Origin: a virus
Lineage: Duplodnaviria > Caudoviricetes
IMG/VR virus record: IMGVR_UViG_3300012979_000039
Span: 9,055-73,054 of that record
Length of the DNA: 64,000 bases
Strand: one strand, 5' to 3'
In this document: positions 55,896-64,000 of the stretch, piece after piece
Position numbering within the stretch: the first letter of the stretch is position 1
How the letters are laid out: every line of letters starts with the position of its first letter
The notes under the pieces: generated by a model
The model's database searches: none
Told to the model about the DNA's origin: nothing
The model's input: the letters and a program-made list of their open reading frames with translations, nothing else
Position numbers and translations under genes: made by a program

Positions 55896-56339
55896 ATGAG
55901 TTACTTAAACAAAGCACAATTGATCGGTCGATGCGGTGGTAATCCCGATGTAAAGACAATCAACGAACAGGGACGCAAAGCGGCGCAGTTTAGCCTTGCG
56001 ACAACAGAAAAGTACAGAGACCGCAACAGCGAAGTAAAAGAGAACACAGAGTGGCATAACATTGTTGCTTTCGATAAGACAGCGGAACTTATTGAAAAGT
56101 TCGTGACAAAAGGTATGCTTCTCTATGTCGAGGGCAAGCTCCGAACAAGGTCATGGGATGACCAGAACGGCATCAAGAGATATATTACAGAGGTTCTTGT
56201 TAATAATGTACAGTTCCTTGAAAGGAAAGAGCAATCAGATGCCCCACAGAACATAAGAAGCACGCAGAACACGCATCACGCGTCTTCATCCCCAATGCCA
56301 GGTGCAGGTATCCCACAAGATGATGACTTACCGTTCTAA
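55896..56339 (+). CDS. ssb: Single-stranded DNA-binding protein
   Basis: LNKAQLIGR.G..P, TEWHNIV, LYVEGKLRTRSW and DDDLPF tail. Confidence 0.95.
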   Translation: MSYLNKAQLIGRCGGNPDVKTINEQGRKAAQFSLATTEKYRDRNSEVKENTEWHNIVAFDKTAELIEKFVTKGMLLYVEGKLRTRSWDDQNGIKRYITEVLVNNVQFLERKEQSDAPQNIRSTQNTHHASSSPMPGAGIPQDDDLPF

Positions 56340-56468
56340 TATGATGGCACTGCTTGGGATAATACTGCTGATGGTCGGAGTTTCCATCCTCGCCTTTGCC
56401 AAGGAGGAATTGGAGAATGCGTTCAGCGATCCGAACTGGATAGATGTTAGTGAATGGGAGTATAGCTT

Positions 56469-56777
56469 ATGAACCTGACACCACATATAAACGAAAAGGA
56501 CATGGACCAGCTCCGGACAGAGCAGGTTCAGAAGAAGAAAAACGAGTTCCATCTCATCGGGCAAGAAAGGCGGATCAAGGGGCATACCTTGTTTTGTTTC
56601 AACTTGGTAAAAAGGGAAATAAAGGTCGCTCCGATGAATCAGGAGATTGTGATGGGGATGGATGGCTCGGTTATCTACAAGAATAATGTCACCGTTGAGA
56701 AAGACTGCGTGTATGTGCAGACTCTCAATGAGAAGAATGCAAGGAAGAAACTTATTAAAATGGGGTATAAACTATGA
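56469..56777 (+). CDS. Hypothetical protein
   Basis: Operon. Confidence 0.55.
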   Translation: MNLTPHINEKDMDQLRTEQVQKKKNEFHLIGQERRIKGHTLFCFNLVKREIKVAPMNQEIVMGMDGSVIYKNNVTVEKDCVYVQTLNEKNARKKLIKMGYKL

Positions 56778-57242
56778 AAGCATCCGAATGTAAATGCTGC
56801 GTCTGTGGAAAGCAGGCAGTAGCCTTCTGGCCGGTGATTGATCCGGACATTCCTGCGGAGCCTTACTGCCGGAAGTGTCTTGATAAGGCGAAGCATAAGT
56901 TGATGATGAAAATTTTAGCGATGAACAAGAAATGAAAGCGCGTGTAAAAGCAACGGGATATATAGTAGATGTTGAGTTGTCCCATTATATAGGTGATGTG
57001 GCGTGGTATATAACTAAATGTCAAGCTTCATATTCTGAAAACGAACTTGAGTTTATAGATGCTCCAGAGGACTACTGGACTCGCCTTGAGCACCAGGCGG
57101 GGATAGCAGCGATGCAGGGGTTGATGAGTTATGTCAGATAAATAACTCCAAAAGAGGGTCGCTCATTTTGTGATGAAATTGTTGATATTTCATTCAAAGT
57201 TGCCCACGCCCTCGTGGAGAAGTACAAAAAGGAGGAAAAGTA

Positions 57243-57503
57243 ATGATACTCACATATTTCATAATCTCGTTTATCAATGTGTTTCTACACATAGCGAGGT
57301 CTATCCTTGTGATTAAGTCAAGTAAGTTAATAGCATCTCTTGCGAATTGCATCTGCTATACATTCTCGGCAGTAGTAATCAAGTTCATAGCCGAGGTTGA
57401 CCTGTGGATAGCAATATGTGTTCAGGCAACGACTAACTTCTTTGGATGCTATGTTGCAATGCTTGTATGTGAAAAGTATTTGAATAAGCAGGAAAGGAAA
57501 TGA
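57243..57503 (+). CDS. Small three-TM membrane protein
   Basis: Hydrophobic helices. Confidence 0.6.
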   Translation: MILTYFIISFINVFLHIARSILVIKSSKLIASLANCICYTFSAVVIKFIAEVDLWIAICVQATTNFFGCYVAMLVCEKYLNKQERK

Positions 57504-57787
57504 AAACCGTTAGAGACTTAAAGGTAGGAGACATCTGCTACTTTGTTACTCCATTAAGAGATGCTGGTACTATTACAGTATCTGAAATCTTGGAAAGCAT
57601 GAAAGAACCTAATCATTACAAAATCAAATTTCAAGAAGGTCTGACAGTTCATGCTTATGTCTCGTCAACTGGATTGACGTATTGCAATACCTACATTTAT
57701 CTTGAAAAAGATAAAGCGATAGAAGACTTACAATATTATAAACGCACAATAGAAAGACACATCAATAAATTCAACGGTTGTTTATAA
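57500..57787 (+). CDS. Hypothetical protein
   Basis: Coupled start. Confidence 0.55.
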   Translation: MKTVRDLKVGDICYFVTPLRDAGTITVSEILESMKEPNHYKIKFQEGLTVHAYVSSTGLTYCNTYIYLEKDKAIEDLQYYKRTIERHINKFNGCL

Positions 57788-57798
57788 AGTGAAGTGAT

Positions 57799-58056
57799 AT
57801 GGCAAAGAAAAAGAAGAAGAAGGGTTTATATAAACTCAACAAGGAAGCCAAAGTTGGAGAAACGATAGAATGCCCTATCTGTCACACCAAGTTCACTAAA
57901 AGGCAGTATTCCCAAGCCTTTTGCTCTACAAGATGTAAGGATAGGTTCTGGAACTCCAAGGGAGACCGACACCGATATATTGATTATCCCGACAATAACT
58001 TTGGCGATAGGGAAATGGATGAAATGTTCGGGGTTGCCGAATGTAATGTTGAATAG
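57799..58056 (+). CDS. Zinc-binding protein
   Basis: CPIC...FCS.RC motif. Confidence 0.6.
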   Translation: MAKKKKKKGLYKLNKEAKVGETIECPICHTKFTKRQYSQAFCSTRCKDRFWNSKGDRHRYIDYPDNNFGDREMDEMFGVAECNVE

Positions 58057-58073
58057 GTTGTTTATAAAGTAAG

Positions 58074-58397
58074 ATGGAAGAAAGAGGAATGCCGATAGAA
58101 GAATACATATCTCTTGTAAAGCCAGAGATTGTATCCGAGGTCGATTATGGCAAATGGATTAACTTCGAGGAGTCTTATCCTCCGCTAAAAGACAAGCCTT
58201 ATAAGGGCGTGCTTATAGAGATACTGCATAAAGGAAACCCATACTTTAACTGCATATTTCACGATGGGGAAAGGGTCTTTCTCCGTTGTTTCGACTGGCA
58301 CAACGATTTATTTGAGTATAGAGACCCTGATTACACTTCGGACTATTGGAGGTTTGTTCCTGACCCGCCAGGAAATGAAGGATACGATGTGGGATAA
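58074..58397 (+). CDS. Hypothetical protein
   Basis: Operon. Confidence 0.5.
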   Translation: MEERGMPIEEYISLVKPEIVSEVDYGKWINFEESYPPLKDKPYKGVLIEILHKGNPYFNCIFHDGERVFLRCFDWHNDLFEYRDPDYTSDYWRFVPDPPGNEGYDVG

Positions 58398-58438
58398 TAT
58401 TATAAAAGAAAAGAAAATTAACGATTAAACGAAACAAT

Positions 58439-58951
58439 ATGAACTTAGTAACAATCTCAATCATCATCGCAACGACAATATTCGTTGCCTACAATGCCGT
58501 AACAATAGCATTCTTCGGCATTCCAAAGTCACTTAGCATGACTTACTATCTCTACAAGGAGAATTTTAACAAGGGGTTCCTATTCCCTGCAATGATGTAT
58601 CTCGTGGTCGCATTCATGATGCCTGCGTGGATTACGATGTCGGAAGGAAGCGACTTCCAGTTCCTCGCTTTCCTCGCACCTGCTGCCATAGCATTCGTTG
58701 GTACTGCACCTGCATTCCTCTCGTCAAACCTTGAGAACAAGGTTCACTCTATCGCAGCACTCATCGCAGCAGCATGCTCGCTCCTATGGGTTATTCTCGT
58801 CACTCCGTATTGGTGGATTATCCTCGCTTGGGTGGGAATAATCACAGCACTTGCATTCTTCACCAAGTCGGTCAAGACAAGTTACATATACTGGCTTGAA
58901 AGGGTAGCATTTGAAAGTACATTCACAGCAGCAATAATGTATAGCATATGA
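58439..58951 (+). CDS. Multi-pass membrane protein
   Basis: About five TM segments; SLSMTYYLY and HSIAA. Confidence 0.7.
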   Translation: MNLVTISIIIATTIFVAYNAVTIAFFGIPKSLSMTYYLYKENFNKGFLFPAMMYLVVAFMMPAWITMSEGSDFQFLAFLAPAAIAFVGTAPAFLSSNLENKVHSIAALIAAACSLLWVILVTPYWWIILAWVGIITALAFFTKSVKTSYIYWLERVAFESTFTAAIMYSI

Positions 58952-59205
58952 AACACTTTGAATTTAAGGGCACTCTCGGAGAGTTCCTGGATAAGATTGA
59001 TGAATACTTCGGCTTGAAGGATCTGAGTAAGAAAGTAAACGCAGTAATTGATATACAAGATGATGAAAAGGAAGTATGAAGTCCGGTGGTACGAATATAA
59101 TCTCACCGAAGAGAAAAGACGTAAATTTTTTACGCACTGGGGAGCAATGATCTTTATGGCTTACCTTGAAGCCTACGAGAATGCAGAACCTGTAATATAC
59201 AAGAT

Positions 59206-59472
59206 ATGACACCGATTCTGATTGAGGAAGGCTATTGGATGAATAGCCAGCTCTCCGTGGCAAGGTTTTATGGAGGCATCAAGTTCAATGGAGAGGAATA
59301 TGTTATTGTTCTTCCGAAGAATGATCTTCTTTTGAGTAAGTGGGTTCCGGTCTACAAAAAGTTGGGCCGTGAGCGGACCATCGGACTGATAAAGAACGGC
59401 ACCTCCCTGAAGGTGGCCAAGGAAATGGTCAAACAAAAGAATGATGTTGAACAGTTAAAGTTGGATTTATGA
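59206..59472 (+). CDS. Hypothetical protein
   Basis: SQLSVARFYGGIKFNG..Y. Confidence 0.55.
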   Translation: MTPILIEEGYWMNSQLSVARFYGGIKFNGEEYVIVLPKNDLLLSKWVPVYKKLGRERTIGLIKNGTSLKVAKEMVKQKNDVEQLKLDL

Positions 59473-59831
59473 AAAAGGCATTTAAAGAGTTATTTAAAGA
59501 TTGGAAAACGTGGTTTGTCTTGGGATACGGCATACTGTGTTTCGTGATAAGCCTTCGTGAAAAAGATTGGATGGAAGCGATGTGGTGTTTCCTTGCCACA
59601 GCTATGTATCTTGTTTGTGGCTTTCAAAATATTGCCGTACAAGCGGCTTCAGAGCATATAGAGAAACAAGAAAACGCAATAATGGAAGCCGGTGTCATAA
59701 TGGCGACTCAAGCGGCAATAATCAAAGAATTAAACGATAAATTAGATGAACAAACCAAAAGTAACGAGAATGGAGTGCGTGACACCGAATTGGAAGAGGG
59801 TGTTGAACGCAGCGAGAAGAACATGGGGTAA
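59469..59831 (+). CDS. Membrane protein with coiled coil
   Basis: Two TMs; overlaps the thyX start. Confidence 0.5.
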   Translation: MKKAFKELFKDWKTWFVLGYGILCFVISLREKDWMEAMWCFLATAMYLVCGFQNIAVQAASEHIEKQENAIMEAGVIMATQAAIIKELNDKLDEQTKSNENGVRDTELEEGVERSEKNMG

Positions 59832-60387
59832 GAAACCTTTAGACAAGGAGCCAAGCGACAAATTCAAGAAGAAGATTCTGCTGGCTGAGCACAGCCCTAT
59901 CAGGCTTCTCGAATATGATTTCACGATTGAGAATCTTCGTCAGTGGGTCACGGTACACCTTGTCCGTCACCACGAAGGATGTGAGAAGTTTGTCCATACG
60001 CAGAGACAGGACATCAACTCCGAGGTAGAGGTCATCACGAAAAGGCTGATAGAGGTTCTACAGGAAGAGGGACTGCTCCGTGAGGGCTGGAAAGAAAGGG
60101 ACTATATGTTCCAAGGAGAGGGCAATGATATGGATATGACCTGCAATGCTCAGGCATTCATCAATATCTCTCGCAAGAGACTTTGTATGGGATGCACTTC
60201 TCCGGAAACAAGGCTTGCATGGAAACTTGTGATTGATGCCTTGAGAGAGGTTGATCCTGTCCTTGCAGAGAAATGTGTGTCGGAATGTCTATACCGTGGA
60301 TTCTGCCCGGAGACGGAAAGATGCTGCGGATATGTAAACACACCGGCTTATGAGGAACGACTTAAAGAATACAGATCAATAGAATGA
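59746..60387 (+). CDS. thyX: FAD-dependent thymidylate synthase-like protein
   Basis: NAARRT, EHSPIR, HLVRHH, SRKRLC and C.YRGFCPE motifs. Confidence 0.75.
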   Translation: MNKPKVTRMECVTPNWKRVLNAARRTWGKKPLDKEPSDKFKKKILLAEHSPIRLLEYDFTIENLRQWVTVHLVRHHEGCEKFVHTQRQDINSEVEVITKRLIEVLQEEGLLREGWKERDYMFQGEGNDMDMTCNAQAFINISRKRLCMGCTSPETRLAWKLVIDALREVDPVLAEKCVSECLYRGFCPETERCCGYVNTPAYEERLKEYRSIE

Positions 60388-60956
60388 AACTCTTTTTCTA
60401 CGACTTAGAGACTACGGGTCTCGATTGCAAAAGACATGGAATCCATCAGATTTCCGGAGCGATAGTGATTGACGGTGAGACCAAGGAGGAGTTCAACTTC
60501 AAGGTTCAGCCGAATCCCTATGCCGTTATAGATGAGGAGGCATTGAAGGTTGCCGGAGTGACCAAGGAACAGGTCATGGCGTATGAGCCGATGCAGGAGG
60601 TCTACAAGAAGATTGTGGCGATGCTCGGCAAGTATGTCAGCAAGTTCGACAAGAAGGACAAGTTCTTCCTCGTCGGCTACAACAACGCTTCCTTTGATAA
60701 CCAGTTCTTCCGTGAGTTCTTCGCTCAGAACAGAGACAAGTATTTCGGATCATGGTTTTGGTCAAACAGCTTCGATGTCATGGTTCTCGCTACGCCTTAC
60801 CTTGCTGAGCGCAGAGCTGACATGGCGAACTTCAAGTTGAGCACTGTTGCCGACACCTTAGGAATCAAGGTAGAGGAGGATAAGCTCCACGATGCGATGT
60901 ATGACATTTATCTCACCAAAGCAATATTCGACATAGTATGCAGGCGCAAGTCTTAA
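60384..60956 (+). CDS. DEDDh 3'-5' exonuclease (DnaQ-like)
   Basis: FYDLETTG, GYNNASFD and HDAMYD motifs. Confidence 0.92.
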   Translation: MKLFFYDLETTGLDCKRHGIHQISGAIVIDGETKEEFNFKVQPNPYAVIDEEALKVAGVTKEQVMAYEPMQEVYKKIVAMLGKYVSKFDKKDKFFLVGYNNASFDNQFFREFFAQNRDKYFGSWFWSNSFDVMVLATPYLAERRADMANFKLSTVADTLGIKVEEDKLHDAMYDIYLTKAIFDIVCRRKS

Positions 60957-61684
60957 AAGAATCTTACTTCGGCATAATGGTATCTCCTGACGGTAGATTC
61001 TTTCGAGACGGCAAGGAGAAGAAGGTAGTGTATGCAACCAATATCCTTGGAAAGAAGGCAACTGCCAAACTGACGATAATGATTGATGGAAAGGTTCATT
61101 ATTGGCAGGCGGCTAAACTTGTGGCAAAGGCATATCTTGCGGATTACGAAGATGGATGCAGTATCATCTACAAGGATGGAGACATTCATAATATCAAGGC
61201 AGAGAACCTATGCGTTGTTAGCCCGAAGAGATACTATGAATACACAAGGAGAAATTCAGGACATAGTGCTGCCACGATAGAGCAAAAAAAAGAGAAACTC
61301 CGCAGGATAATCAAGGAATCGTCTCTTACCCTCAACTACCTTGAGACAAAAGATTTCACAGAGATAAATGCCTATGTGGAAAATCATCTTCTGCTGATAC
61401 TGAAAGATTATTGTATGCGGACTTTATTTATCGGAAGAAGCACTACCGAACATATAGTTTGCGAAGGGCTTTACTGCCTATACGATTGCATTTGGAGTGG
61501 CAATGCGGTAGCAAACTACGAAAGGTGGATGAAGAAGATACTGCTGAATTGGAAGAAGAAAGGTACATTCGGATATATGGCAGAGGGATTCACGAGACAG
61601 GAGTGGGAAGCGGAATCGAAACATATAGACTTCAATATATTAACTACTAAATACAATGTTGCCTATGGTAAATCAAAAGGATGA
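60938..61684 (+). CDS. Degenerate HNH-like N-terminus fused to a sigma70 region-2-like helical domain
   Basis: KLVAKAYL..IIYKDGDIHNIKAENL; TEHIVCEGLYCLYD..NYERWMKKILLN. Confidence 0.45.
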   Translation: MQAQVLKESYFGIMVSPDGRFFRDGKEKKVVYATNILGKKATAKLTIMIDGKVHYWQAAKLVAKAYLADYEDGCSIIYKDGDIHNIKAENLCVVSPKRYYEYTRRNSGHSAATIEQKKEKLRRIIKESSLTLNYLETKDFTEINAYVENHLLLILKDYCMRTLFIGRSTTEHIVCEGLYCLYDCIWSGNAVANYERWMKKILLNWKKKGTFGYMAEGFTRQEWEAESKHIDFNILTTKYNVAYGKSKG

Positions 61685-62027
61685 CACAATTTCTATTCAA
61701 AGCAATTCCCGGAGGGCGGAAGCCCTCTTGGGGAATCCAATAAGTCTTTCCAAGGAATCATTGTATCTGCAAGGTGCAAGGGATATGCTGATGACATTGA
61801 TGGAAATAGGCAAGATAGACTTTGGATGGTACAACATAGATAGGTCTAAATTGAAAGAAGAAAAGGGAAGCCGAGCAATTTACAATAAGTGCATACAAGA
61901 TTTTCTTTTGTGTGACCGAGATAATATTAGGCGATTCTTGCAAGGGGATAGGATGTTGTGCTATGACCACCAAAGAGATAAGAAAGGTAAATTTATAAGC
62001 GTTAAAGTTAAGTATGATAATTGTTGA
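61656..62027 (+). CDS. Hypothetical protein
   Basis: Operon. Confidence 0.5.
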   Translation: MLPMVNQKDDTISIQSNSRRAEALLGNPISLSKESLYLQGARDMLMTLMEIGKIDFGWYNIDRSKLKEEKGSRAIYNKCIQDFLLCDRDNIRRFLQGDRMLCYDHQRDKKGKFISVKVKYDNC

Positions 62028-62337
62028 CAGAAAAACATTTTTAGGGATGCCGACAGGGACGGTGTTCCTGACCGAACTGCATGGAGATATAAAAGTCCTG
62101 ACGCATACATACGAAAACGATTTCGACTATGTGTCGGCAAGCGGTTTTATGAGCACAAACCACGATGATGTAGTGGATAGTATCATCGCAATGGAGAAAG
62201 GAGATTCCGTTGATATGGGGCTGTTCGGAGAGAGGGACGGACTCTATGATGAAAAGCAGAAATACTATGTATTATCAAAGTCCGAAATCAGAGATGTTAT
62301 CAGTCTTTTGGTGGAGGCATTATCGGATTTGAAGTAA
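62014..62337 (+). CDS. Hypothetical protein
   Basis: IVDRKTFLGMPTGTVF..GLFGERDGLYD. Confidence 0.6.
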   Translation: MIIVDRKTFLGMPTGTVFLTELHGDIKVLTHTYENDFDYVSASGFMSTNHDDVVDSIIAMEKGDSVDMGLFGERDGLYDEKQKYYVLSKSEIRDVISLLVEALSDLK

Positions 62338-62338
62338 T

Positions 62339-62758
62339 ATGACAACAAAGGAAGAAAAGTATTTAGCGGTAGCCAAGAAGAAGAAAGGAGGAGAACATAA
62401 GAGCAGCCTCAAGAAAGACTTGGACATGGCAGACCAGATGAAGGGGGCGTGGGCAAACATATATGGATATCTGGAGAAGATTGAGTCGCAGTACAGAATG
62501 TACATTCAGCCGCACCTTGAAAAGATATTCAGAAAGAACGGAATCTACAACGATGTCGCATACGATCAGTTCAACTGTGATGCGGGAATGTTCTGTAAAC
62601 ACGACATCTATCTTGCGAGGGCCATCCATCGCAATCCTGAAAACGGAGAGAGGATATATCAGTTCATCAAGAGTTTGGAGAACAACAATGTGGAAAGCGA
62701 GGACATCCGCTTCTGCCTTGATGAGAGTGACATTGAACATTATGATATTCAGTTATGA
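62339..62758 (+). CDS. Hypothetical protein
   Basis: Operon. Confidence 0.55.
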   Translation: MTTKEEKYLAVAKKKKGGEHKSSLKKDLDMADQMKGAWANIYGYLEKIESQYRMYIQPHLEKIFRKNGIYNDVAYDQFNCDAGMFCKHDIYLARAIHRNPENGERIYQFIKSLENNNVESEDIRFCLDESDIEHYDIQL

Positions 62759-62866
62759 TAGCAACTAGTGATTTAAGATAGGTATTTAGAAAGTTCTTTG
62801 ACATATTGGGATTATCGCAAAAGTATATAATTGTATATTTTTCTTGCATAATCGTATAAAATTATA

Positions 62867-62874
62867 TATCTTTG
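62867..62874 (+). promoter_or_regulatory. -7 element of hicAB
   Basis: TATCTTTG, 20 nt before the hicA ATG. Confidence 0.6.
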
Positions 62875-62894
62875 AGCGTTGAAATTGATATATA

Positions 62895-63089
62895 ATGAGG
62901 CGGTACAAGGTAAGAGAAGTGTTAGATTTGCTTCGCAGAGATGGCTGGTATCAGGTTGCCCAAGAGGGTAGTCATAGGCAGTTCAAGCATCCCACAAAGA
63001 AAGGGCGCGTGACGGTAAACGGTAAGCCAAGCGAGGTCTTGGTACAGGAGTTGCTGAACAGCATTTGGAAGCAGGCGGGTTGGAAATAA
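62895..63089 (+). CDS. hicA: HicA mRNA interferase toxin
   Basis: LRRDGW..V.Q.GSHRQFKHP.KKGRVTV motif. Confidence 0.93.
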   Translation: MRRYKVREVLDLLRRDGWYQVAQEGSHRQFKHPTKKGRVTVNGKPSEVLVQELLNSIWKQAGWK

Positions 63090-63116
63090 ACTAATTACAC
63101 ACAAAATACAATTATT

Positions 63117-63521
63117 ATGAATAAGGCAATCGTTTTGGTGGACTGGGATAGAAATTATTGTGCAGCCACAAAGAATGAAGACATTGCCTGCATTGCGACT
63201 GGTAGGTCATTGGAAGAGCTTAAACTTAATTTTGAGCATTCTTTACAGATGCACCTACAGGGTATGAGAGAAGATGGGGATGTTATTCCCGAAGAGTTTT
63301 CAGATGGCTATGAGCTTGTCTATATGTTGTCGGGCAAGGCTCTAATGCACTTTGTTGACCAGCTTGTGACTCGTAAGGCATTATCTCACGAAACAGGCAT
63401 TAACATTCAGCAGTTAAGCCACTATGCGAAGGGTAGAAGTAATCCAAGGCCAAAGATGCAGGAAAAGATTATTAACGGTGTTCGCAGAATAGGACAGAAA
63501 CTATTAGAAATACCTTCATAG
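63117..63521 (+). CDS. hicB: HicB-like antitoxin with C-terminal HTH
   Basis: ACIATGRSLEELK..F...L..HL.GMREDG; GINIQQLSHYAKG..PR. Confidence 0.85.
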   Translation: MNKAIVLVDWDRNYCAATKNEDIACIATGRSLEELKLNFEHSLQMHLQGMREDGDVIPEEFSDGYELVYMLSGKALMHFVDQLVTRKALSHETGINIQQLSHYAKGRSNPRPKMQEKIINGVRRIGQKLLEIPS

Positions 63522-63551
63522 TATATCAATTTCAACAATACGATGAGGTTT

Positions 63552-63588
63552 GCGGTAATTCCAATACGGAGTTGCCGCTTTTTATTTT
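63552..63588 (+). terminator. Intrinsic terminator after hicAB
   Basis: GCGGTAATTCC..GGAGTTGCCGC followed by TTTTTATTTT. Confidence 0.75.
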
Positions 63589-63596
63589 GAAATAAT

Positions 63597-64000
63597 ATGA
63601 TAAACACAAAAGATTTAAGATTGGGGAACTGGGTGTATGATGGAGAGCGCACTCAATTCCCGATGTATGCTCAGGCGATAGGCGAGGACTATGTGTATCT
63701 TAACTTTGATGGAAACGAGGGGGATGTGTTTGAGTCAACACCCGATGATCTGCAAGGCATCCCGATTACCCAAGAACTGTTGGAGCGAATGGGATTCACC
63801 TTCAATAGCTATGGTGTCGGGAATAAGACTCAGCAGGATAGGCATATCTCAATCAATGTCAACCGAGAGTTCGTGGCCATTGAAGCCTATAAGGATAGGC
63901 TCTGTGACAGCCGATGCACTTGTCACGGAGTGAGGTGCCTGCATCAACTGCAAAACCTCTTTTACGAAATATCAAGAACAGAATTACAAGTAAATTTATA
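63597..64000 (+). CDS. Phage hypothetical protein (runs off the window end)
   Basis: MINTKDLRLGNWV..IPITQELLERMGF..HQLQNLFY; no stop before 64000. Confidence 0.65.
   Translation, partial: MINTKDLRLGNWVYDGERTQFPMYAQAIGEDYVYLNFDGNEGDVFESTPDDLQGIPITQELLERMGFTFNSYGVGNKTQQDRHISINVNREFVAIEAYKDRLCDSRCTCHGVRCLHQLQNLFYEISRTELQVNL

Overview
The whole window is the genome of a temperate, siphovirus-like phage of a Bacteroidales host. The host call rests on Bacteroidetes TAnnTTTG promoters and a tRNA-Arg-derived att core. It reads as the excised or circular form, because the att core is intact and flanked by phage genes on both sides. Layout: ugd and a radical-SAM gene beside terS/terL/portal; a MuF minor head protein carrying an intein and a C-terminal ADP-ribosyltransferase; a ~9 kb inverted accessory/anti-defence operon (ADP-ribosylglycohydrolase, PcfJ, PcfK/AcrIIA9-like, SSB-like, ArdC); head-tail genes; a BspA-type repeat adhesin; lysis genes; an uncharacterised 6-gene block; integrase/att; a cI/cro switch; recombination genes; and early/replication accessory genes (ssb, thyX, DEDDh exonuclease, hicAB). 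Two candidate novel systems stand out. (1) A ~64-nt sRNA just downstream of the integrase, with a consensus promoter and a terminator. Its unpaired 5' end is the exact antisense of a motif (core ACTACAC) found at or next to the start codon of 13 early genes. (2) A nuclease-dead Cas12f/TnpB-like gene flanked by two paralogous, covarying pseudoknot RNA scaffolds: a single-guide-like copy upstream and a tracr-like copy fused to a 3-repeat CRISPR mini-array downstream. All family assignments are from motif recognition by eye; no database search was run.
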